In this document: one piece after another, positions 56,935 to 64,000 of the stretch
How the letters are laid out: each line of letters opens with the position of its first letter
Position numbering within the stretch: the first letter of the stretch is position 1
Source: Candidatus Altiarchaeota archaeon
GTDB taxonomy: Archaea > Altiarchaeota > Altiarchaeia > IMC4 > SCGC-AAA252-I15
Length of the DNA: 64,000 bases
Direction of reading: 5' to 3'
NCBI GenBank assembly: GCA_043800255.1
Contig: JAZDNF010000006.1
Coordinates: forward strand, 1 to 64,000
Made by a program: the position numbers and the translations under genes
Notes under the pieces: generated by a model
The model's input: the letters and a program-made list of their open reading frames with translations, nothing else
Told to the model about the DNA's origin: nothing
Databases searched by the model: none

Positions 56935-58200
56935 CTAGGTTCTTTTCTCGAACTCTTTGTTTACTAGGTCAACCATCTTGTCTGGATTGAAATCTCCTTT
57001 GTACCAGGAGCCTGATATGAGGCCTGCGTTTTCCAGTTCTTTTATCTGATTTTTGTATCTATTGTAGTCGCTTGAGTATATCATACATATTACCGTGTTT
57101 GGCCAGCGTTTGTGTATCTCCCTTATCAAGTCAATTCCCGTCTTCTTTCCTGCGAGCTCCACATCCGCAAGCAGTAAGTCCGGGGCTTTTCCACTTTGTT
57201 CTATAAGATCTAGCGCACGCTCCGCGCTCCGATAGCAACCTATATCCTCCTGTTCCCTCTGGCTCTTGTCTTGTGCTTCATTCCCCTTCTGAGGCCGATA
57301 CATCGTTAGATTTTTGATTTTTTCTTCAGCATTGAAAAAGAATAGCTGATGCAAAGGATTGTCTTCTACCACCATCAGAGTCGCAGATTTTATGAGAGGT
57401 TTGGTTGGCTTTAGACTGTCCTTGATGCTGGATGTTGCGTGATATTTGATTACGTTTATGTCTCCTGGCTGACCGAATGCATGCTCGATGTCACATGGCA
57501 CTGGCTCCCCCATCTTTCTCGAGTATTCATCCTCATCTGATATGCTCATCAGCGGAGTATGTTTTTTACGGAATCTCCAAGCTATCTCATCCATTCCCCA
57601 AATTATGTCCGCAAAGTCGACTCTTGACTTACTTAATGCATCCTGCGATACTTTCTTTATGTTCTTCCAGAAGTCAACGTATATCTCCTCGTTTGGGTAT
57701 TTTGTCTTTATCTCTTCAAGAACGTCTGGTTTCTCTATGAATCGCGACCACGCTTGCCCCCGGATAAGCGGCATTACAGTGTGCATTATCTCTTTGGCAT
57801 CCCCAGTTTTGGGCTTGACTTCGTCCTCTATCTGCTGTGCGAAGCATGTGTGCAGTATCGGTCTCCTGATGAGGTTGCCCAAATCGGTTGTTAGAAGAAA
57901 CAAGACATCGTCGCGGGTGAATTCCATGTCAGGGAATCTCTTGTCTCTGAGGAAATCGTATATCATCTCGAATGTTTTGAAACTCTCGGTCTGCTCTTCC
58001 TTCGGGAGGGCGTTCAACTTCTTAAAAAGCGGCTGAAAGAACGCGCCGAACTTCGTACCTCCATGGAAGACCTTTCTAGCCTCAGAAGCGAAAGGATGAC
58101 TGCCGGGCACAATATCATGCGGGAAATCGTGAATTGGGACCTTCTCGTGAATGCTGGGAGTCTCAGGAGCACGAGACTTTTTCTGCTTCTCCTCGACCAT
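56935..58200 (-). CDS. Response regulator (C-terminal receiver) with unknown N-terminal domain
   Basis: LMVVEDNP, PDLLLADVEL, GIDLIREI, IYSS, YKG. Confidence 0.8.
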   Translation of the reverse strand: MVEEKQKKSRAPETPSIHEKVPIHDFPHDIVPGSHPFASEARKVFHGGTKFGAFFQPLFKKLNALPKEEQTESFKTFEMIYDFLRDKRFPDMEFTRDDVLFLLTTDLGNLIRRPILHTCFAQQIEDEVKPKTGDAKEIMHTVMPLIRGQAWSRFIEKPDVLEEIKTKYPNEEIYVDFWKNIKKVSQDALSKSRVDFADIIWGMDEIAWRFRKKHTPLMSISDEDEYSRKMGEPVPCDIEHAFGQPGDINVIKYHATSSIKDSLKPTKPLIKSATLMVVEDNPLHQLFFFNAEEKIKNLTMYRPQKGNEAQDKSQREQEDIGCYRSAERALDLIEQSGKAPDLLLADVELAGKKTGIDLIREIHKRWPNTVICMIYSSDYNRYKNQIKELENAGLISGSWYKGDFNPDKMVDLVNKEFEKRT

Positions 58201-58239
58201 AGATTATAATAGACTACAGAAGATTAAGTATTGTTCAAC

Positions 58240-60009
58240 CTATTCTACTGTAACGCTCTTCGCCAGGTTGCGTGGTTTGTCCGGGTCTATTCCTTTCAGG
58301 ACTGAGATGTAGTATGCGAACAGGTGCAGGGGGACGATGTTGAGTATTGGCGTGAGGAGGGGATCTGTTTTTGGTATTTTGAAGTCGCCGTTCTCGCCGA
58401 CTGTTATGACAGACGCGCCCCGCGCTTTAACCTCCTGGATGTTGGAAGCCATCTTGTCCTTCAGGTCATCTGAGGAGAGGATGGAAACGACGACAACACC
58501 CTCCTCCAAAAGTGCTAGTGGGCCGTGCTTGAGCTCGCCTGCAGGATAGCCTTCAGCATGAACGTAGGATATCTCCTTCAGCTTCAGAGCACCCTCCAAC
58601 GCGGTCGGAAAGTTCTGCCTTCTGCCGATGAAAAAGAAGGTGTTGGTGTTAGCGTACTTCTCAGCCAGCCTGCGGATGCTGTTCTCGTCAAGAATCCTCT
58701 GAATCTTGTCAGGCAGAGACTTAAGCTCCTCGAAAGGAAGATCAAAACCCTCCCTGTCGATTCTGCCACTCTGGACCGCCAACAGGAAGCCCAACAGGGT
58801 TGCAGCGATCGCCTGCCCGACATAAGCCTTGGTGGATGCGACAGCAATCTCCGGGCCGGAGTAAATGTATGCGACATCGTCAGAAACTCTCGCTATCGTG
58901 GAGCCGACCACGTTCACTATGGATGCGACATAAGCGCCCCTCTTTTTAGACTCCTTGAGAGCTGCGAGTGTGTCAGCCGTCTCCCCCGACTGGGAGATGC
59001 CGACAACCGCGGTCCTTTTGTCGACGGTCTTGATAGTGGAATACCTGAACTCCGAAGCCACCACAGCCTCAGCCCTGATGCCAAGATTCTCGAGGACGTA
59101 TTTTCCAACAAGGCCAGCATGATATGCCGTGCCGCACGCTATCAAATATATCCGATCATAATCCTTAAGCCGCATGGCAATCGCCATAAGCTCCTTCTCG
59201 CCCTTGAGGGCGTTTCTCGCAGCCTGCGGCTCCTCGAAGATCTCCTTGAGCATGAAATGATGGTAGCCTGCCTTCTCGGCTTCAGAGACGTCCCAGCTGA
59301 TTTTCTCAACCTTCTTCTTAATCCTTTTGCCGGACTCCAGAGAATAGAACTCAGCCTTGTCCCTAGTCACGACACCATACTCGAAATCGTCCAAGATTAT
59401 GGACTTCTTGGTCTCGGACATGAACGCTGGAGCGTCCGAGGCGATGAAATTCTCCTTCTGGCCGAGGCCTATCAGGAGAGGAGAATCCTTCCTGGCAACA
59501 AGAATCCTGTCAGGCTCCTCGCTCGAAATCGCCGTGATGGCATAGCTCCCGTTGAGGCGCCTTACTGCACTGGCAAACGCCGTCAGGAAGTCGCCCTCAT
59601 AGTATTCCTCAATCAGGTGGGCTATCACCTCAGTATCGGTCTCGGACTTCAGCTTATGCCCCCGCTCGCTGAGCTCCCGGGTCAGCTCCTGATAGTTTTC
59701 GATGATGCCGTTGTGGGCGACGGCGAATTTCCCGGAACAGTCAGAGTGCGGGTGAGCGTTCACCTGCGACGGAATGCCATGCGTGGCCCAACGGGTGTGA
59801 GCGACGCCGATGTTAGACTTAAGCTGCTCAGGCTTCAGCTTCCTCCTGACGTCATCGACCTTACCCTTGTCCTTCGGGATTTCAATCTTCCCACCAGAGA
59901 CATAGGCAAGGCCTGCACTGTCATAACCGCGATACTCCAGCCTCTTCAGCATGTCAAACAACAGCTCAGGCGCGTTCCGCCCCCCGATATAACCCGCAAT
60001 ACCGCACAT
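58240..60009 (-). CDS. glmS: Glutamine-fructose-6-phosphate transaminase
   Basis: MCGIAG, HTRWATHG, SQSGETAD, ELKHGP, PRNLAKSVTVE. Confidence 0.98.
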   Translation of the reverse strand: MCGIAGYIGGRNAPELLFDMLKRLEYRGYDSAGLAYVSGGKIEIPKDKGKVDDVRRKLKPEQLKSNIGVAHTRWATHGIPSQVNAHPHSDCSGKFAVAHNGIIENYQELTRELSERGHKLKSETDTEVIAHLIEEYYEGDFLTAFASAVRRLNGSYAITAISSEEPDRILVARKDSPLLIGLGQKENFIASDAPAFMSETKKSIILDDFEYGVVTRDKAEFYSLESGKRIKKKVEKISWDVSEAEKAGYHHFMLKEIFEEPQAARNALKGEKELMAIAMRLKDYDRIYLIACGTAYHAGLVGKYVLENLGIRAEAVVASEFRYSTIKTVDKRTAVVGISQSGETADTLAALKESKKRGAYVASIVNVVGSTIARVSDDVAYIYSGPEIAVASTKAYVGQAIAATLLGFLLAVQSGRIDREGFDLPFEELKSLPDKIQRILDENSIRRLAEKYANTNTFFFIGRRQNFPTALEGALKLKEISYVHAEGYPAGELKHGPLALLEEGVVVVSILSSDDLKDKMASNIQEVKARGASVITVGENGDFKIPKTDPLLTPILNIVPLHLFAYYISVLKGIDPDKPRNLAKSVTVE

Positions 60010-60046
60010 TCTGGATATAACTAATAATGGAGTATATTAATATACT

Positions 60047-61765
60047 ATGACCATCAAGAGGAGGGGCAGAGGAGTTGACGACCCCGACCAGATGCAGATG
60101 TTCAAGAAGGATGAACTGTTGCCGCCGCCGTTCGACAAAAGCCATGTGGACAGCGCCAGCCTCGCCAAGCTGGGGCTGACTGCGAAGGACGCTGGAGACA
60201 GCAAGCTCATAACGCATCCTCTCTTCTCCAAGAACATGGAGCACTGGCATTTTCAGGTTGACATGGCAGCCAAAGCCGTTGACGAGAATTCTCTGATAAT
60301 ACTGCCGACAGGCCTCGGAAAGACCAACATCGCCGCCTTGGTAGCTGCAAAGAGAATGCAGGAAAAGCCTCACAAGAAGGTCCTGATGCTCGCCCCAACC
60401 ACTGCACTGGTAAACCAGCATGCAGAAACGTTCGGACAGCTCTTCAGCGGCAAAAAGGTTGCGAAAATCATGGGCGGCGTGGAAAACAGGGAAAAAATAT
60501 GGGAGAACAGTGACATCGTCATTGCCACACCCCAGACGATAGAGAACGACCTCGCGGGAGGCAGAATCAAGCTGGATGATGTTTCACTTCTGATCGTGGA
60601 CGAGGCGCATAAGACGAGAGGAGATTACTCATATGTGAACGTCGGAAGACAATACCAGAAAGTCGAAGGCAGCAGGGTGCTGGGCCTGACAGCCTCTCCC
60701 GGAAGCAGCGCCCAGAAGATAAAGGAGATATGCTCCGACCTGGGAATACCGCCAGGCAGCATACAAATCCGCACGGACGAGGACAGGGACGTGAAACCCT
60801 ACATCCAGTTCGTGAACAGACGGGAGATTAAGGTGCCTCTGCCAGACGTCAAAGACATCAGGGAACAGCTGGGCAGCCTCTACGAGGACAGCCTCGACGC
60901 CCTGCAGAAGCAGGTCAAAAAGAGAGGGTACTTGAGCGAATACCTGAAGGGCACGAGGTTCACCGAGAAGGCCGTTGACGAGATTCGGACTGAGGAGATA
61001 ACAAAACTGTTCGAGCAGATTAGCGATAGAAAGGACCGCCTGAAGAGCAGGGGGCTGGACTACACGACCGATGCGAAACAGTCCAACGCAGACCTGACAG
61101 CATGCGCCAAAGTGCTGAAGCTGTCACACGCTCTCAGGACATTGGACACTCACACGCTTTACACAACATACGAGTACCTGAAGCGGATGAAAGGGGATGG
61201 CACGAAAGCCTCGGAGGAGCTGTTCGAAGACAACAGGATGGATGAATCATATACGGCCATCGGCAGCATGGACGCCACCCATCCAAAAGTTCTAGCACTG
61301 CAGGACATTGTCCTGAAGAACAAAGGCAAGAACATACTCGTCTTCACAGAGTACACTGACACCGCGGAGGACATCACAAGAGAGCTGAACGAGTGGAACA
61401 AGGACGTCAAAGCCAGAAAGTTCATAGGACAGCGGGGGATGACGAAAAAAGAGCAGAGGGAAACGCTCGAAGCGTTCAAGAACCGCGAGTTTAATGTCAT
61501 GGTCGCAACCTCTGTCGCGGAGGAAGGCCTCGACATAAGCGCGGTAGACGCTGTCGTGTTCTTCGAGCCTGTCCCTGACGAGAAGAGGACGGTCCAGCGG
61601 GCGGGCAGGACAGGGAGGAGAGCGCCTGGCGAAGTCTACGTCCTCATCACCGAAGGCAGCAGGGACGAGCTCAACTACTGGGACTCGCAGAGGAAGTGGG
61701 ATCGTATGAGGAAGAACGTCGAAATGCTGCAGAAGAAGAGACAGTGGGAGAGCGGCGGACAGTAA
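60047..61765 (+). CDS. Hef/MPH1/FANCM-like SF2 helicase lacking the ERCC4 nuclease
   Basis: LPTGLGKT, DEAH, LTASPG, TSVAEEGLDI, QRAGRTGR; ends right after the helicase core. Confidence 0.9.
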   Translation: MTIKRRGRGVDDPDQMQMFKKDELLPPPFDKSHVDSASLAKLGLTAKDAGDSKLITHPLFSKNMEHWHFQVDMAAKAVDENSLIILPTGLGKTNIAALVAAKRMQEKPHKKVLMLAPTTALVNQHAETFGQLFSGKKVAKIMGGVENREKIWENSDIVIATPQTIENDLAGGRIKLDDVSLLIVDEAHKTRGDYSYVNVGRQYQKVEGSRVLGLTASPGSSAQKIKEICSDLGIPPGSIQIRTDEDRDVKPYIQFVNRREIKVPLPDVKDIREQLGSLYEDSLDALQKQVKKRGYLSEYLKGTRFTEKAVDEIRTEEITKLFEQISDRKDRLKSRGLDYTTDAKQSNADLTACAKVLKLSHALRTLDTHTLYTTYEYLKRMKGDGTKASEELFEDNRMDESYTAIGSMDATHPKVLALQDIVLKNKGKNILVFTEYTDTAEDITRELNEWNKDVKARKFIGQRGMTKKEQRETLEAFKNREFNVMVATSVAEEGLDISAVDAVVFFEPVPDEKRTVQRAGRTGRRAPGEVYVLITEGSRDELNYWDSQRKWDRMRKNVEMLQKKRQWESGGQ

Positions 61766-61814
61766 ATCTGTCCCTGCTGCTTTTATAAGAAAATTCGAAT
61801 AGTATTAGCACACA

Positions 61815-62867
61815 ATGAATGACAAGTTCACGGGGTGTTGGACTGCGCTGGTCACTCCTTTTAAGGACGACATCGGGGTTGACTGGGAGCAACTTGAAAA
61901 GAACGTTGAATTCCAGGTAGAGCAGGGCCTGACCGGGCTGCTGCCGATGGGCACCACAGGAGAGTCTGCCACCATAACCCACGAGGAGCATGCGAAGGTA
62001 ATCGGGAAGGTCACCGACTGGGCCCATGGAAGGGCCAAGGTTCTGGCAGGCACAGGCTCAAACAGCACGGAGGAGGCAGTCCATGAGACGCGCCTCGCCC
62101 ATGAGATTGGAGTTGACGGAGTTCTCCTGGTAGACTGCTACTATAATAAGCCCTCCTCGATAGAGCTGAGAAAAGAGTACTACAGCATAATAGCCGAAAA
62201 GTTCCCTGAGCTTGACATCGTGCCCTATGTGATACCGGGGAGGAGCGTCACGGCGCTGCTGCCGGAGGACCTTGCGATACTGAGGAGCGAATACAACAAT
62301 ATCGTCGCCGTAAAGGAGGCTACAGGCGACTTCCAAAGGATGCAAAGGACAAGGGAACTGTTGGACGACGACTTCAACATACTGTCAGGAGACGACCCGA
62401 ACACGTACAAGATGATGACAGACCCGAAGATACGGGCTGCGGGAGTGGTATCTGTGATATCCAACATAACGCCAGGCCCGATAGAAAAGTACACCAGACT
62501 CATACTGGACGGGAAAACGGAGGATGCGAAGGCCATAGACGACGCCTTAACGCCATTATTCAACGTCGTGGGCGTCAAGACCGAGGAGGAGATAAAACTC
62601 CCGAACGGCAGGAAGGCGAAAGTGGTTTACAAGTTCCCAAACCCTGTCCCAGTGAAGACGATGATGAACGGCCTGGGCATGCAGGACAGCCCCTGCAAGA
62701 GGCCGATGGGCAGGCTCACGAAGGCAGGCGTCAATATCGTGAGAAACGCGCTGAAGACCGTGTGGGCCAACAACCCGGAGATGCTTGAACCCATAGAGGA
62801 GTTCTACCATGCGAACATCTCCAGGAGACTGGATGATGACGGCGTCTGGAACTCGCTCAGCTACTAG
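61815..62867 (+). CDS. dapA: 4-hydroxy-tetrahydrodipicolinate synthase
   Basis: TALVTPF, GTTGES, GTGSNST, YYNKP, VKEATG, SGDD, NPVPVK. Confidence 0.92.
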   Translation: MNDKFTGCWTALVTPFKDDIGVDWEQLEKNVEFQVEQGLTGLLPMGTTGESATITHEEHAKVIGKVTDWAHGRAKVLAGTGSNSTEEAVHETRLAHEIGVDGVLLVDCYYNKPSSIELRKEYYSIIAEKFPELDIVPYVIPGRSVTALLPEDLAILRSEYNNIVAVKEATGDFQRMQRTRELLDDDFNILSGDDPNTYKMMTDPKIRAAGVVSVISNITPGPIEKYTRLILDGKTEDAKAIDDALTPLFNVVGVKTEEEIKLPNGRKAKVVYKFPNPVPVKTMMNGLGMQDSPCKRPMGRLTKAGVNIVRNALKTVWANNPEMLEPIEEFYHANISRRLDDDGVWNSLSY

Positions 62868-63232
62868 TCCTTCGAGATTATGACCTCAAGCAGGACTTCA
62901 TAGTTCTTAGGCTTCAGATTCGGATTGGCTGCCACATGCCAGTCGAAGGGATGGTGATGCTTCTTGAAGAGCACTTTCAGCTCCTCGCCGATTTCGTCGG
63001 CATCCAACAGCTCGCCCGGACAGTAGAATATGACAGAATGCCCTTCGAGGATCGGATGGGAGCCGGCCTCCTTGAGTATGTCATCCCTGACCTCGGAGAA
63101 ATGACTGTGGTGGACTGCAACGTTCCCAACCTTCGAGAACCATCTCCGTACTTCCTCAACGTCCTTGTGAGACTTCAGGTCAGGCATGCCGTCCTTTCTC
63201 GTGGTCAGATACAAGTGAATGTCCATCGCCAT
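62864..63232 (-). CDS. Small protein resembling a stand-alone FtsZ/tubulin C-terminal domain
   Basis: DVEEVRRWFSKVGNVAV, KEAGSHPILEG, DWHVAANPNL line up by eye with FtsZ DFADV…GVAM, ALxSPLL, IWGAxxDPxL. Confidence 0.5.
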   Translation of the reverse strand: MAMDIHLYLTTRKDGMPDLKSHKDVEEVRRWFSKVGNVAVHHSHFSEVRDDILKEAGSHPILEGHSVIFYCPGELLDADEIGEELKVLFKKHHHPFDWHVAANPNLKPKNYEVLLEVIISKD

Positions 63233-63236
63233 ATTA

Positions 63237-63503
63237 TCACCTTACGAATTTTATGAGGTATTCCTCGTGAGAGAGGGGCACTATGTCCATGACGTCAACG
63301 CCGTAGTATTCTTTCAACACTTTCCCGAGATCCTGCGTGTCCAGTATCACGGCATTTATGTCCTCCGACTGGTCGAAGCACGCCTTGAACTCGTCATGGT
63401 ACGTCTCAATCCTGAGAACCTTCTTCCTGTACTTCCGGGTCAGGATGTCAGTGAGCTCATCCTCTCCCAGCAGGATGCCCCGGATTTTTCCCTCGATGTT
63501 CAT
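63237..63503 (-). CDS. Hypothetical protein
   Basis: 88-aa ORF, tightly packed between neighbours; AGG RBS-like context. Confidence 0.65.
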   Translation of the reverse strand: MNIEGKIRGILLGEDELTDILTRKYRKKVLRIETYHDEFKACFDQSEDINAVILDTQDLGKVLKEYYGVDVMDIVPLSHEEYLIKFVR

Positions 63504-63504
63504 C

Positions 63505-63645
63505 CTACTTTATAACCTTGTGCTCGATCTTCTTAACGCGGTCATCGAGCTTTTTCATATGCAACATGAACCTCTTCTCCATCTTCTCGATGTGAAGATG
63601 GAGGCGGTCGACTTCTTCCTTGAACTTTTCAGCATTGACGGTCAA
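63505..63645 (-). CDS. Small coiled-coil protein
   Basis: GAGGTGA RBS then TTG; MTVNAEKFKEEVDRLHLHIEKMEKRFMLHMKKLDDRVKKIEHKVIK heptads. Confidence 0.6.
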   Translation of the reverse strand: MTVNAEKFKEEVDRLHLHIEKMEKRFMLHMKKLDDRVKKIEHKVIK

Positions 63646-63696
63646 CTTTATCACCTCATGGTTATTGATAAGTATTAGATTAAAAGAATAATTACT

Positions 63697-64000
63697 ATGG
63701 CAGAGGATATTAACCCGAATTTGATTGTCCAGCTGATACGGAGGGCTGAGACCAGGCTCCCGGAGGACGTCACAGGAGCCCTTAAAGCGGCCTTTAGGCG
63801 CGAGAGAGGCGTCGCGAGGCTGCAAATCAGGAACATCCTGGAGAACGTCAAAGTCGCGGAATCTGAGGGCATACCCATGTGCCAGGACACGGGGGCGCCG
63901 GTGTTCTACGTCAGGATAGGCAGAGGCTCCGACTATAGAAAAATCAGGGAGGCCATAGCTGAGGGCACCAGAAAGGCTACCAGGGTCATACCATTGCGGC
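63697..64000 (+). CDS. Fe-S fumarate hydratase/tartrate dehydratase alpha subunit (truncated by window edge)
   Basis: LPEDV…ILENVKVA…PMCQDTG…IPLR. Confidence 0.9.
   Translation, partial: MAEDINPNLIVQLIRRAETRLPEDVTGALKAAFRRERGVARLQIRNILENVKVAESEGIPMCQDTGAPVFYVRIGRGSDYRKIREAIAEGTRKATRVIPLR

Noticed and set aside
58525-60024. 499-aa plus-strand ORF
   Set aside because: Antisense shadow of glmS with no motifs
60010-60046. glmS ribozyme
   Set aside because: Only 37 bp between divergent genes; no room

Overview
Archaeal chromosomal segment (L7Ae/S28e/L24e/S19e/L10e, aEF-1beta, Cdc6/Orc1, archaeal RibB/RibC/RibH/ArfC, archaeal GluRS, Hef-like helicase); the gene content and many lineage-specific orphans suggest a DPANN/Altiarchaeota-like organism (inference). 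Housekeeping blocks alternate with three kinds of accessory material. (i) Two visibly AT-richer defence islands (~0.15-3.3 kb and ~30.2-41.7 kb), each carrying an AbrB/RelE toxin-antitoxin pair. The left island has a PLD nuclease and a lipoprotein, each followed by a related attC-like palindromic element. The right island has PIN, Bro-N, PD-(D/E)XK, HEPN, a Type IIG R-M enzyme, a Cas4/AddB-like nuclease and a direct-repeat-flanked four-gene cassette. (ii) Large surface proteins, including a ~2780-aa multidomain metalloprotease/adhesin. (iii) Orphan genes with bacterial-type regulatory domains (HPr fusion, six tandem sigma70-region-4-like repeats, sensorless His kinase and receiver). Best candidates for undescribed systems: the 39.0-41.7 kb cassette (TGT-like Zn TIM barrel + small PD-(D/E)XK nuclease + SocA/Panacea-like + PIN), the 21-28.4 kb orphan operon whose members share an N-terminal tag and HEAT modules, and the attC-like cassette sites. 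No rRNA, tRNA, CRISPR array, integrase or transposase was seen. All family calls are by eye from motifs; no database search was run.
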